Assembly: GCA_951406725.2 (NCBI GenBank)
Contig: OX597816.1
Coordinates: 89,466,001 to 89,530,000 of the forward strand
Source: Octopus vulgaris
Lineage: Eukaryota
Direction of reading: 5' to 3'
Length of the DNA: 64,000 bases
The notes under the pieces are model-generated. The model had not been told where the DNA came from, searched no databases, and was given only the letters and a program-made list of their open reading frames with translations. Below, piece after piece: positions 1 to 14,084 of this stretch (positions within the stretch are counted from its first letter, which is position 1; each line of letters begins with the position of its first letter). A program made the position numbers and the translations under genes.

Positions 1-96
1 CCCTCGTATATACAAACGCATGCATATAATGCTTTTGTCGTTTTATGCAAAACCTTTCCTGTATAAAAATAATTATTACAGACTGAAGCAACATTA

Positions 97-540
97 GTAC
101 CAAAAAGCAATCTTTAATTAGCGTGGTTGTTTTGTTTGAACAACGAATACTGTGGTGTTCGCCTTGAGAGGACCTCTCAATCATATTTGTATCGTTGGCA
201 GAGGAAAATCATCTGCTATTGCCGCTGGACTTGCTGCGTCTCTTCAGTGACATTTGTCCGCTCGTTGAATACCAGCCAAATCTAGACACTCACGTCATAA
301 ATAGCCTGCACGTTTTCTAAATGATAACTATTAGCGACATAAGCAGTATCAATACCAAAAGCAATCTTTTTATCCATCTTAACGTGGATACTTTGTTAGA
401 ATGACAAATCTGTGGTATTTACCTGAAGAGAACCTCTCAAGGCGCTTCATACATCTACAGGAGAGGTCTTCTCAAGACCAATACTGCAGTATTCAACGTT
501 CGAATAGAACATCCACGTTAAGCTGAATATAAAGATTGCC
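97..540. repeat. Three diverged copies of an ~85-bp unit: two direct (~97-180, ~352-440) and one inverted (~461-540)
   Basis: Shared motif gcaatcttt...cgtgg...tactgtggt...gaggacctctc; the third copy reads gagaggtcttctc...ccacgttaag...aaagattgcc (reverse complement). Confidence 0.7.
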
Positions 541-2302
541 TTTCACATGTACTTTTCGTTTCGATCAATCACTTAGTTCTCTAATGTGTCCAAAAGATAG
601 AGTAATAGGAGTATACCTAGAATATAAATGTAACATAACAGAATCTGGAATGTGACTATGAATGGGGTCAGTTGATTAAAAATTGAATATATATTGAGTA
701 AAATTTATTTTCCAAACAGTTCTGTGTTTGTAACCATTCGCGGATTCTATTGCTTAGTTCTGGGGAAAAGTAACTTATTTGTGGCTCCGTAGGATCCAAC
801 AGAAAGCATTGGACTTTTTAAAAAATTAATCCCCATCGGTATCAAAGATGAGTAATCAGTTTTTTCTTATCAACGGCTAAGTATTCGACAAATACGTGTA
901 CCGTTGAGTTTATCCTCAAATTGAATCCAGCATAAAAAAATATGCAAAGGCTGGACTTTTTGAATTATAGTTACAGTCAAAATTATGACTGTCCATACAT
1001 TTTCCGTCTACCCTGCCTCGCAAACAAGGCTCTGATTCACTCAGATAAAGTAAAAGACCCTTGCCTAAGATGCTATGTTGTGATTGTGAATCAGGTTTCG
1101 TTTATATATTCGGTAGTGTTGCGTCCATGGAGACGTTTATAAACGAAGCATACTTCATATATGCATTACCTCTGCAGTTTGTTTTCACTAAATGTTTTTA
1201 CTCGGAGCTAACCGTTAAGCTAAATCTGATTACGTTGAGTCAATGTTCTCTATTTAATTAAACACAAGACCAGGTGGGAATTTAAATACGACCTGTTGAC
1301 TTCAGAAATAGTAACCACATGTCCATCGAATCAAAACCTCAACCATTTTTAGGGCGGAAGGACATATTGTACGATGTAGTTCTAGATAGCCTTAAAAAGA
1401 TATGAAGGATTATGCTTAGAATGATTTCAATCAACGTTGTTGTGGAGCTTTAAAAAACATTATTAAACTACCAATCTTTTTATTTTTGCTTACCTCTGTC
1501 GGCTTGTTTACGTATTTATTGACCTGGGTTTGCTTTTTCATCCATCTGTGTAACTATGTGGCTGCACAGGAAAAGATTTGTCTAGTTTTCGAAAGATTGA
1601 TAGAAGTAATTCAACAAAAATACAAATGAAATAAAACAAACTATTAATACAGAAGATAAAAGAGGGTCAGATGGAAATGATAAATGACACAAGACATGCG
1701 TTTATGAGGGGCTCGTTGACTGCAGCAACCTTGGATTTGTTTTACAATTTTACTTTCATGCAACTTAATTGCATTAACTGCAGTTGCCTGTTTGAAGTGT
1801 CTTGTGATATATAGTTATCTAGCAAATGTTCTTCAAAGATAAATACCAAGAGCAAATCTTTTGAGGGTTTCTTCAGAAATGAGAAACATTTATACATGTT
1901 CATTTTCATACATCAAATGCTAATGTATATCTGTGTAATATTTAGATGTGTATGAATGCGGTCATAAATCCATAGGTACACAAATATATAAGCATATGTA
2001 TGTGAAATTATATGTAAAATTACAACTGTAAACAATTTTTGCCTCAAAATATCGAAATATTCGCATGTATCAATATGTAAATATGAAAGTTAGCGATGAG
2101 AATAATGATAATCGGAATCCACCAACGCGATTTAGCCTAGAAATGGTTGTTGACTGAACAGCATCCTGCATCTCCCCTTCTCGTTATTCTTTCCCTACAC
2201 CCTTGCCGATCTCGCTTTTCTTTCTCTCTCTCTCTCTCCTTTACCTATACACATAGGATAAAACAATAAATCTGTATAAATATAACTCAGTGAGCGTGTG
2301 TT

Positions 2303-2306
<4 letters not shown>

Positions 2307-2400
<94 letters not shown>
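2307..2400. repeat. (GT)n microsatellite
   Basis: Directly visible. Confidence 0.98.
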
Positions 2401-2401
<1 letters not shown>

Positions 2402-2584
2402 AAGAGAGAGCGAGAGAACGAAATAAGGACACATACGAATTTTATATTATAGTTCCTACGCGTGTTTCGCCATTCTGGTTACTTGGAACTCTACAATAGG
2501 TGTCCTAAGCGCATTTAGAAGCTTATCACCAGGGAACACTTTTCTTCATTAAATTACAGATACGAAAGGATGCTGCTACAGATA

Positions 2585-2801
2585 CGAAGGGCTACTGAAA
2601 AGTTCCTGGATTTAAAGCCATCGCGAAAGGCCTAGTTGGAGGCCCAGCGTTACGAGTTCTTTTACAGGGCTTAGAAAAGCTGAAGGACTGTTGCAATAAG
2701 TGTGTGGATCTAGGGGGGGGGGTATGTTAAATAAAGTCAAAATTAACTGATTCCTCTTACTCTCTTTTACCCAAAACCAGGAACTTTTCAGAAGTCCCTC
2801 G
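2585..2801 (+). mobile_element. Mariner-derived MITE (internally deleted), TA target duplication
   Basis: TIRs TA|CGAAGGGCTACTGAAAAGTTCCTGG and CCAGGAACTTTTCAGAAGTCCCTCG|TA. The interior resembles a mariner transposase C-terminus (GLEKLKDCCNKCVDLGGGYVK*). The window start ccctcgta looks like the end of the same TIR type. Confidence 0.8.
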
Positions 2802-2857
<56 letters not shown>

Positions 2858-2958
2858 CATGTGTGTGTGTGTGCGCGTGTATATATATATGTATATATAT
2901 ATATATATGGAAAAAAGTCAAGGTAGAAAATGCTAAAATAATTTTATAAAAACCATTT

Positions 2959-2994
2959 CAGTACCGGTTTCAGTCATCGAGACTTTTTCAACTG
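2959..2994 (-). ncRNA. Minimal type I hammerhead ribozyme motif, U3-A8 core variant
   Basis: Minus strand: cag-UUGAAAA-agtc(tcgat)gact-GAAA-c(cg)-GUA-ctg. Stem I cag/ctg, stem II agtc/gact, palindromic ACCGGU stem III. About 50 nt from a (TA)n tract. Confidence 0.65.
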
Positions 2995-4010
2995 TAAGTA
3001 TGGAAAAGAATTCAAGTTTGAAAAAATTAAATGAAAAGTATTTTAAAAGAATATTTGCATAGTATTCAAATACAAGAGGCATTTTCTACCTGTCTTTGTC
3101 TCTCTTGTTTACTCTTGTTGACGCCAATCGAGCAGAATAAGCCCCACTTCTATTCACTACACTTAGCCCTTCCTTCTTAGAATGTTGGCCTACTTAAATC
3201 CCTCATCCTCTTCTCTTCTCTTTCCCACCAGGTGTTGACAATCATCGGTTCAAGAGGGACACTAATGACATCAATCTCATTAGTTAGCAGTAGATATCCA
3301 TACCGATTAAGTAAAACAAAAACAGCAATTCAAGTGAACATTCCTTTACCAGTAATCAATAACTACAAATTCGCTATCTTCTCTTCTCTTCTGTTTTCCT
3401 TCCCAAAACCGGCAATCTATGATCCCCACTTGCCCAAACCTATTCCATGCAGTAACCAGTTCGTGTCTTTTAATTCTTACAGTATGAAATCAAGCACAAC
3501 TGAAATATTCAGACATTTTTGTGGTCCAGCTCTCTTCAAGTTACACCTATGTACCGCTGCATTTGAATGAAAACGTATGGTAATACTCACTGGTATTTAT
3601 TTACGGCCAGATGAATAACATTGTTTAAATAGTGTCTTAAGCACTTGCACTGCGTAGCACGTCTCACAAAACTCGAACCATTAAATACTCGATTTATGTT
3701 ACTACAATCCTCATTTTCGGTCAACTAACTGCAGCACTTCGCTAACACGATACAGACCTTTGTATGTGATTCCTGCTTTTGCTAAGTCATTATCCTACTG
3801 ATTCAACCAATGGCGGTTGAAGGCATAATTTGGAATGGTAATGAGATAACGACAAAACAAATGTTTATAATTCTTTCCTGATTTGCTGTTTTAAATTTAA
3901 ATGATTCCATTTACTTTTGTACTTTTATTTTGGGTGCTTATTTGTTGTCTTATTCTTTGTTTACCTGTTTTTTTTTGTTTCTTTCTTGTTATTGTCTTTT
4001 ATTATTTACT

Positions 4011-4067
4011 CGTTGTTGTTGTTGTTGTTATTGTTGCTGTTGTTGTTGTTGGTGCAGCTGCTGCTGC

Positions 4068-4099
<32 letters not shown>

Positions 4100-4132
4100 C
4101 TGTTGTTGTTGTTTTTGTTGTTGTTGTTGCTT

Positions 4133-4167
<35 letters not shown>

Positions 4168-4217
4168 CTTGCTGTTGTTGTTGTTGTTGTTGTTGTAATC
4201 GTCGTCGTCGTTGTTGT
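4011..4217. repeat. Compound (GTT)/(GCT)n microsatellite
   Basis: Directly visible; explains the poly-V/L/C/N ORFs. Confidence 0.97.
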
Positions 4218-5989
4218 TTACAGTTTCTAAAGTCATAATTTGACTGAAGATTAGATGTCTCTGAAATCCAGCTGCCAGTTTTGTTGTAAGTAATGAGAAA
4301 AATGTGTTAACTTTAACTAAATGAGAAAACGTTTCCAACGCTCTAGTAAGACTTAATCAACAGGTTGGCTAAATTAGGTCTTAAATGGGCTTTATTATAC
4401 ATTAGCTTAAGGGAAATCATAAGATACCTGCTGTCATTCTATCTGTGCTAGCACCTCGGAGACACTTCTGAAAAATAGAAACAGAAAATTTCTTATTCAC
4501 AATATTATTCTTATTTAATTTATCGCCATTTCTAAATGTGAATCTGCTTCCCAAAATAAACCAAAGTTTTGCGAATGCCACAAAGCAAGAAGCAATCTTC
4601 CTTGATGAAGTCACTGTATCTCGTGTTCAATTCCTGATTGCAAATATTTCTTGTTAAATACATTTAGATATAATTGGGAGAAGGGATTAAAATCATACTT
4701 CAGTTAAACTGAAAGTTTTCGTCTTTATGAAGTAAATGTGCAGGCAAACTTTGTAAAACTCAAAGCTTAAACCTAGTGTGTGTTAAAATTATATCTGATT
4801 TCTCTACAGGCTTGGTTTTGAAAAGGTGGGAGTGCTCGTGACCTCTTCATGCCCTCAAATCAGATCAAAACATTTAACATGCTCCTTGAATATTTGCGAG
4901 TCAAAAGCTCCAAAATAGGGGAATTAAGGAAATCCTTGCAGCTATTGTTCTAAGTAAGAAGAATTAAGTTTAATACTTAGTCCGTGGCCTGGAAGGTGAA
5001 CATAATTGGTGCGGAGAGGGAAGAGATGATTCATCCACTTAACAAAGAGCATAAGCCAGAGAAATAGCAATAGAAAAAAATGGAAGAACAGACGGCACAT
5101 TTGTGAGCATTACGTTGAAATGTGCTAATCAAGCGTCATTTCATGTCTTTGGATGTGAACCAAGTTGACCGTGTGGAGCTACACCATCTATGACTGAAAT
5201 GCAGGCCATTATATTCTTATGGTTCGTATAGGCTTTGTAGAGAGATATTAGTTAATGACCGAAAGTAGGATGTACATGCGCCGAAATAGAACACAGACAT
5301 AAGAAACCCCAAAATGTATGAGTCGAATTGAGGTTTCTTGCTGAGTTTTATTAATATTCGAACCCAGAGGAACACTAGATTTGATAATGTGCCGGTATAG
5401 ATCAGCAAATCCCACAATGGTGCCGCATGAAAAACGCTAACAGGATAGCTCTTATAAGTGAACAGGTTTTACAAAAAGGTTTCAGTTCGACTTGACGTTG
5501 AACACGCTACTAATGTCGACAGCAACAAACACTAATTTCACAAAACTTTTGAAAACTAGAGTCCACTGGTAAGTGAAATTGGAGGATAAGCCTCCAATAG
5601 ATTTTACTTCATGAAAGCAGTAATGGTAGTAAATAAAAAAGAACATGGATCTAAAATGCTGGGGAAGGTTAATATTATTCCTTTTAAAACGGTTGAAGCA
5701 AATTTATGCACGCAATGTACATGCTTTAAATCGGTCGACGTAATTATATGCCGTCTGACTTAGAACATGTTGCCTGAGTTTGTACTACTCCACCTGCCAA
5801 CTGATAGGCCGATTAGATGTTTCATGTAAATATTTACAACCCCATAGGCTGGTCCTACCACTCCTGCTCTCTCAACTTCGTCGTCGCATCCTACCATTCC
5901 GGCTCCGTCAACTTCGTCGAGTTTACGGTCGTCGCGCCAAGCTACTCCAAGCTCCACCACCTCACCAGTTGTTGCTTACGGTTCGGCCC

Positions 5990-7358
5990 ATTACTCAGAG
6001 AGTGAGTATTTTACTTGCTCAGGATCAGATGATTCTGATAGCGATGATGATATTCTGGTGAATCAAAAGTACAGGCGGGCAACAGTGAGTGGCCCTGGAC
6101 AACAGAATGTCGTTTGGCGAACGAGAGACAATTTTGTCCGACGGCATGGGTTTACTGAAACGTCTGGCATAAAGGCAAACCTTGGACATAGATATCTTCC
6201 ACGAGTTTTTGGCAGATGAAATGTTCCAATATATAGCGGATGAATCGAATGACTACGCTGAAAACCATCCCCCAGCATGTCAGATACGGGCATGACGGTG
6301 ATTAGTTTCCAACCACAGAGGACAAAATCAAAGTCCTGTTTGCCCTGTTGATACTGATGGGTATCGTGGAGAAATCGACCCTGGCGTCATATTGGAATTG
6401 GGATCCAGCCACGTCGACACCTTTCTTTCCGGAAACGATGCCACATGAACGATTTTTGGCGTTTCTTCGAAATCTCCATTTCAACTCAGGCGAGAACCAA
6501 GATGACAGGCTGCACAAAATACGCCCTGTCGTTGACGAAGTGGCTGAAAATTTCAGATTGATGTATGTCCCCACACAGGACATTTGTACGGACGAGAATT
6601 TGTAGAAATTCAAGGGAAGGCCCCGATTCAAACAATTCGATCAAATACGCCTGCTTTGGAGTCAAAGTTTATGAAGTATGTCAGTGAACTGGCAGAGCCT
6701 GTGGATACACGTGGAATTACAAAATCTACTCTGGTCAGGACAGACTGGATCTTCCAGCGTCTGTTCTAGTTCACCTGATGTCGTGTTGTCGCTGAATGAT
6801 AACTTGCTTGACAAGTCTATAATATTTATATGGACAACTGGTTTTCCAATCCAGACCTCTTTCTGCAATTACAGGCGAGGAGAGCTAATGCCTGTTGGAC
6901 TGTGAAGACGCACAGGAAAAACATGCCGCCCGATTTTCACAAAATAAAACTTCTAAAGGGAGAAACAGCGTACCGATGCACCGATAGTGGCATTCTAGCT
7001 CTAGTGTGGCATGGCAAGAAAAACGTCAGCATGTTATCCACAATACATTAGGCAAGCATGAGGGACACTAGGAAAGAAGATGCGGATGGAAATGCCATAA
7101 TGAAACCGTGTGTAATTGTTTCATACAATGAAGCGATGGGCGGGTTCGATCGCTGAGATCGGCTGGCGACGACTCACAAATCGGTAAGAAAATTTGTGAA
7201 ATGATACCAAAAAATTTTCTTTTATATAGTTGACATGTGTGTCGTGAACTCACACTTGATTTGACAGATGCTTGACGGTGTGGGGAATGGATTGACATTC
7301 AGGAAACTATTGTTCCGTGAAATGATAGAAGCATCAGACCTACCAAAGTACAGATCTT
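5990..7358 (+). pseudogene. Decayed piggyBac transposase (PGBD4-like, DDE_Tnp_1_7 type)
   Basis: Fragments LILMGIVEKSTLASYW...MPHERFLAFLRNLHF...DRLHKIRPVVD...DICTDENL*KFKGR, MDNWFSNPDLFLQL...WHGKKNVSMLSTIH and YNEAMGGFDR*D cover the three catalytic Asp motifs. Stops and frameshifts are present; no clear TIR/TTAA ends were found. Confidence 0.9.
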
Positions 7359-8004
7359 GATCGAGTCATAACGGAGCTATCATCATGTTATGGGCATTTT
7401 AAATTCGGTGAAACTCAATCTTCTTTCGGTCTGATCACAACCGAATTTTCAGAAAGAAAGTTTGAAAAGGAGAAGCAAAGTGATAAAAAATTAAAGTTAA
7501 CCTCAACCGGGTTTGAACTCAAAGAACAGAAGGACGGATCTAATACAACACTTTAATGACTCTGCCAACTGACCGTATTAAGTATAACAAGTAGGAACAA
7601 CTAGGTCTTATAGGATCCAACTAGGGAACTTCGACGTTGTCACTCAACCCGATAAAACTAGCGACTACGTTTACTCTCAAACCACACTGCACAGTGGTAA
7701 AACGGAAAACCACATTGGATAATGTCGTTTGGATATACAATAATATGTGATGGTCACAGTTGGAACGCCTTTGTTCGATCAGTACTGCTCAATAGTCAAT
7801 CAACACAAGTTCTTATGAAAAATGACAACAAAGTAAAATTCTTTGGACCGAAGTTAATGGATTCCCCGGAGAGGATGTCCTATTTCCAGCCAGCCATTGA
7901 CCTTGTAAACCCACCTTACTGTTTGCACCGGACCAGGGTGAGAAATCAGATTCTGTATTATGCAATGAGTGTTGGCCTGTGACATGTGGTCTGTCCAACG
8001 ACAA

Positions 8005-8300
8005 ATACACCACCCAATATGAAACACGTGACACCTCAAACACCCCATCCAACCACCAACATATCACCCAACAACAAATGCACCATATAACATCATGCAC
8101 GCACCCAATATCGATGACCACCACCCACCATGAAACATATCACCCAACATCAAACACAGCACCCACCAATAAACACGCACCCAAAATTGAACACACAACC
8201 CAACATCAGATATTTGACCAACATTAGATACCGTATCCAACATCAAACACACCACCCAATAACAAAGACATCGCTGAACATCAAACACGTACACACACAG
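8005..8300. repeat. Degenerate CA-rich minisatellite (cacccaac / atcaaacac-like units)
   Basis: Recurrent cacccaat/cacccaacatcaaacac motifs. Confidence 0.6.
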
Positions 8301-8835
8301 ATCTTAAGCACTAGTTAGATATGATACACGACTAAGAAATATTATTCTTTTATATTCTTTTCTATTGCTGTCCTTTTATTTCACACACTTATTTTTCCTT
8401 TTAATTTATTGTTTCATTATAATCCTTTAAATTATACAACTTCAATACTTTTATTCTATTTTTGTTTGTCGTAATTTATGCATTCTTGTTTTTGTTCGGA
8501 TAATTTCAACGTAACAATGATTATTCTGACATGATCACTGCTAATAAATTTGATTAAGAGAACTGTCAAAGTGTGAAGAAAACAAACCTGACAGCTAATA
8601 TTTTTCATGATAATTTTAGTTCAGTTGGACTACGCATTACAACCTTATGATTAGCTTTTGAGAGTTGGATAAATGGAATATTGTGAATTGCATATCTTTT
8701 ACATGTATTTTAACTGCGTAAAAGAAAAACATTGACTACAAATGCGGATTGAAACCGTGTTGTAGACATTATTGGTAAACATATTAACCTTTGATCTAAA
8801 GTGATAGTTTGTAATACTAATATGTGTTGACATTA

Positions 8836-9150
8836 AAAGCGGCGAGTTGGCAGGGTTGTTAGAGCATCGGTCATAATGCTTAGCCGCTATTTGTTCTGGC
8901 TAACATTTTGCCATCGATGAAAATAGTACCAGTTGAGCACTGGGGTCGATCCTACTAAAATTGTTGATCTTGAACCAAAATGAGAAATTGGCTTCAAATT
9001 TTGGTACAACACAAGCAATTGCGGGGAAGAGGGTAAATCGAACACAGTCTTTCAACTGTGACTTATTTTATCGATTCCTAAACAAAAAATGCAAAGTCGA
9101 CCTCGATGGAATTTGAACTCAGAACGTAACGACGAGCGAAATGTTACATG
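8836..9150. mobile_element. Two old tail-to-tail copies of SINE family A (+ then -)
   Basis: Head gcggcgagttggcag...gttagagc; core gatgaaaatagtaccagttgagcactggggtcgat; reverse copy aaagtcgacctcgatggaatttgaactcagaacgtaa. Confidence 0.7.
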
Positions 9151-9419
9151 GAAACCGTGTCGAATCCCAGCATATGTATGCGAGCGTGAGTGTGTGTGTG
9201 CGCGCGCGTGTGTGTGCGCGCGTGTGTGTGTGTCTTTTAAAGCCCATGCCGACCAATATTTTCTGGGTAGCAGACGGAAACTGTGTGAAAGCTTATATGT
9301 ATACTATTGTATGTATATATACATGCATGTATGCTGCTGCACCAGATACATGCACGCATACGTAGACAAAAGTTGCACAGAAGTCAATCGTGTGTATGTT
9401 TATGTGCGCCTGTATGTGT

Positions 9420-9635
9420 GAATGTCTTTATCTTTTTATTTATTTATTTCTACGTGGCAGCCAGTGTTGGTTACTTTTGGTTTGTTTACATCCGCGTAAC
9501 TTAACGGTTCGACCATAAAAGGATGATATAGAATAAGTACCAGGCTTCAAAATAGTCCTGAGGTTGATTTCATCAAATAAACCTTTCAACGCATGCTCCA
9601 CTATGACCGTTTCTGGTGTGTGAAAACTGTAAAAG
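9420..9635 (+). mobile_element. Diverged 3' part of SINE family C
   Basis: gtaacttaacggttcg...atagaataagtaccaggctt...gtcctgaggttgatt matches the tails at 16.3 kb and 38.9 kb. Confidence 0.65.
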
Positions 9636-11942
9636 GCTATACTTTTTTCTCAGTAAAGTGTATCAAATCTGGACTAAAGAATTAGTAAGTAAGCATAATA
9701 GAGTGACCATTAACTTGGATTTGGACCATTAACTTTTTTTCTTATTTGTACAATCTACAAAGGACTTAAAGCTGTCGATTGGTTCTTTAGTCTGAGAAAA
9801 TGCATAAGCTATTATTTAATTACCGCTCTTAAATTTCTGGGTTCAAATATCACTCATGTTAACTCCAATTCTCTTCCTTCCAGAGTTGATAAGTCCTCAG
9901 TCAATTTAATTCTTTGCGTAAGGTTGTTAGTTATCCACCGAAAAATGAAATTGATATTTTCTCCTAAAATCGTTTTTCAGGTACATTTTTTTCATATCCT
10001 CCACTAAGAGTATTTGATTCTTTCTCTGTAAAGTTATATTTGATTAAATATGTGAAAAACAAAGAAAATCTTTTAAAAAATGCCTTTTGTAAAGAAAAAG
10101 TATTACTGAAGGTGTTCTGCTTCTCGTAGCAAAAGGAGGGATATTCTTCACAGCTGTTGAGTAAGACCGCTTTATGCAGCGAACAGTAATCATTCAACCA
10201 CGGTAATGGTTGAATGTATTCTTAAGTCCACCATTTCGCTAACCTCAGCAGCTTCGAAACTTCACCACTAATTTAGTTCTCAACTAAATTGTAAAATGTT
10301 AATAGTTTTAAAGGGGATAAATAGTTTGGCATAAATAGTTTGAGATTTGGTTCATCAGAAAAAAGTTACATCAAAATATCTGTGACCTCAAAGCAGATAT
10401 TCATCTTCAATTTATATAATTTTTTTAATTTTAAATTAAAAGTATACCTTTCTTAGGCTTAAATGATAGAAAAATGCACGAGGAATTCAGAATCGCTAGT
10501 CGCATTGAACAAAAATTAGTAGAAAAACAGTTATGAGGTAAAATGTTACGACATTTCATATCAGTAAGTAAGGAAGTAAGGGAGTAACGCTTAAGCAATA
10601 AGAATAAAGAATATATTTCTAAAATGAATGTATAGTTTCTAAGGCGGCGATCTGTCAGAAACGTTAACGCGCCAGGCGAAATGCTTAGCGGTATTTTAAG
10701 TAAAAAGTTTTAAGTAAATATTTTAAGTAAAAAGTAAATATTTTAAGTAAAAAGTTTCTTATTCTTTACCTTACTAGAAGTAATAGATTGTCCTATACTT
10801 TTACAGGTGTAATAACTTGTCCTGTTCTTTTCCCGGTTTATAATCTTAAGAATATTACTTTTCACGCTCGCATTTTTCCATGTAATAATATTTTGAGCAG
10901 ATGTATTCACTTTCCGCATTCAAAGGTTTAATGGTACTTCCTATAAAGAATCCCAGACGTGAACATAATTAGAAATGGAAAACATGCTTTAGAAACTACA
11001 CAGATTTATTCCAACACTGACTGACAGAGAATAAGTAATTGTGTTTGACTTAAACAGTGTCATCACTTATCGAAACTGCCACGCGACTTTCTAACGAGGT
11101 AGTTATTAAGCGTTCGCTTGTAAGAAATATGAGCCACATCTGCCATAAATCACACTCTGTCGTAATAAAAGAGGAATGACAGGCTTAAATACACTGGAAA
11201 AATTAAACGAGAGTATCATGACGAAATTCTTTTTCTCAATTGTTTGCTCATTTAAGTTTGACCTCGAGTCGAACGAAACTGCATCATAGACAATTATTTG
11301 ATGAAAAAGCGTTACATCCACTACCTCACGTCGTTCTTTTGTCTACATTGTCTCTCATTTTTTAAAAAACAGTATTGTATATACTATTTTTTCCTTGTTG
11401 AGCTACTGCTTTCTCTTCCTCCCTCTATGTTTCCCCCTTTCTCTCTTTCTCTATCTTTCTCACACTATACTCTTTCTCTATCTCTTCTGTCTGTAAACAT
11501 AACAGGCTGGATATTGTTGTTTGAGAAAGACAAGAAAAAGTATGCGCTGTCTTAGAGGTCAGCTACCCTGCTAATGTAAATATCTCTTCGAAAATGAAAG
11601 AGAAAAAGGATAACTAGGAACAACTGCTTCGAAACCTACAGATTTTACAACCAGATTAGGATTATAAATTCATTTATACCAATTGGTGCACGTGGTTTTG
11701 TGAGTAAAGGCCTAAGTGACAATCTGGAAAAAAGTTTCGGAAAGAGAAATCAAACAGCTCACTTTACAAATGCAATTTGTACGTGAAACAATAAAAATAC
11801 ACAAGACTTTCCTCAAGTTTAGAATGTGAAACTATTTTGGTTATCTACATTCGAAAGATGAAGCATTGTATCTTGGCTAGAAACAAGTCCCTTCCTTACA
11901 GAAAGATTTCAAATAATTAAAAACAGAAACGGAAATAGATTT

Positions 11943-12244
11943 ATACATACATACATACATACATACATACATACATACATACATACATACATACATACAT
12001 ACATACATACATACATACATACATACTTTCGTACGTACGTACATTTGATTTTGTCTGTGTTGACTACATCCTAAAGATAGATCCTTGTATCTTTGTTGGA
12101 AACCGGCTCCCTCTTCAGTAGAAGATTTATAATTATTAAAAAATAGAAGACACATACATACATACATACATACATACATACATACACACACGCACATACA
12201 TACATACATACATACATACATACATACATACATACATACATACA

Positions 12245-12272
<28 letters not shown>
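11943..12272. repeat. (ATAC)n microsatellite interrupted by an ~125-bp insert (12027-12152)
   Basis: Directly visible. Confidence 0.9.
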
Positions 12273-12278
<6 letters not shown>

Positions 12279-14038
12279 CATGGTGAGTAGTACATCCTTA
12301 TTCGTTAAAATTACAGATTCACTGTCTCCTTCAAATAGTTTCCCGTGTTGACGAAAACATACCAGAATAGGTTAACATCATAACTAGCTCTTAGATACCC
12401 TCGGCACTTTGACGAACGATGTGGCCTAGTAGACAACTGGAGAATTACGTCCGCTGCCGTTAATCTTACACCTTCCCTATTGTCATAAGTGGAGAAGTTA
12501 CAGAAGTATCGGTACTTCATGCTCACAGACACGCTTGTTATCCTGACCGCCATAACGAAATATCTGACGTTTATTTTCGTTTCTAACAAGCTTCAAAACC
12601 GATTTATGACTGCGGTAGTTGTGGAAGGGATCGTGGAAAGTGACTGCGTATAAATTTTAAGACTGGGCAACAACCAAAAGCAGAAAAAATATGTTGCAAA
12701 CCACAAACACTGCATGTTACAAATGAGAGTCACTTTTTGCTATTTGCATTTACATTCACACACACTCACATTTGTGTTGGGGTGAGCGTATACATGTAGG
12801 TACATGTAGGTACACGATATATATATGTATGTATGTATATATATATACATGCACGTATGTAGGTGAGTGTATGTCTGTGTGTGGTTGTGTGTATGAGAGA
12901 GTAAAGATCCATATATCATTTTGAAGAAGTGTCAAGTTCTTTTTTACTTAAAAGCGAGGTATTCACTATCTTAAACATCTTGCCAATGCTCCAGAAGCAT
13001 AAGCGTTGAGGAATAGCCCCAACCCAGATATAGAAGCTGTATTAAAGTCTCACTTTACTTCAAGTTTATTTCTTTGACTTGCACGCTCCGATACACGAAA
13101 AATCTGAAAAATTTATTAATCTGTTATAATAGTATCAGATTCGGAGTGAATTTCCATTGTAGAGAACAGTATTGATTATATGAAAACCAGTAATTGATTG
13201 TTTATTTGGATATTTCTTCTGGAGATATGGTAGCTTACGTTTCTATGGCAAGTCGGCCCAAACTCGGCGGTTCTGTGATCAAGGTTATTCTAGCAAAGAA
13301 GAAACTGTCTTTTGTGATAAAAATAGTGATCCAAGTACATTGTTATCCTGTGTCCTTTCGATTTGGTGGGGGAAAAGTTCATTTGAATTTGGTGTCTATT
13401 TCTATTTTCCTGAGTAACTATATACCAACCCCCTCATTAACACCTAGAATCCTAAGTTTAATCAACTCGTGATTGAACGTTGTACGAAGGCGGTGAAACC
13501 AAACTCTGCAAAATGCATACTGTTGCACACTTCTACATTTTCTCTCACACTACGGACATTTTAGATGAGCAAATATTGATTGACTTAAGCATGACATTCT
13601 AAATTAACACTCTTCGTTGAAGCTTTATAAACTTTCCAGCTGTGTTTATATTCTAGTAGATGGCGCCATAAGTTACGTGCTAAGTGGGTAAGTAATCCGT
13701 TATTACAAATATTATTTCATTCATCAATTCTCACATGTCAAGTAACATCGATTAATTTTAATTAATTAAAAACTACTTTTTATGTATTTTTGTTCTTTTT
13801 TCTTCAATGTAATAATTGTTATGCTTTCCTCTTTGAGTGTATCGGGATATGAGAATTAAAAGCAAGTACTCACTACACACATAGATACGCAAAGAGCAGT
13901 GTGTGTCTGTGTCTGTGTGTTTATGTATGCGTGTGTTGTATATATATATATATATATGTGCGTGTGTGTATGGATATATATATATGCATATATATATATG
14001 TATATGTGAGAATATATGTGTGTATGCATATATGTGTG

Positions 14039-14084
<46 letters not shown>

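Noticed and set aside
4230-4700. Possible old LINE coding remnant (similar unresolved stretches at ~46.0-46.3, 47.4-47.9 and 54.1-54.6 kb)
   Set aside because: No diagnostic motif could be read with confidence.
12085-12125. CUGAAGA plus hairpin on the minus strand as a hammerhead
   Set aside because: No GAAA or cleavage triplet follows the hairpin.
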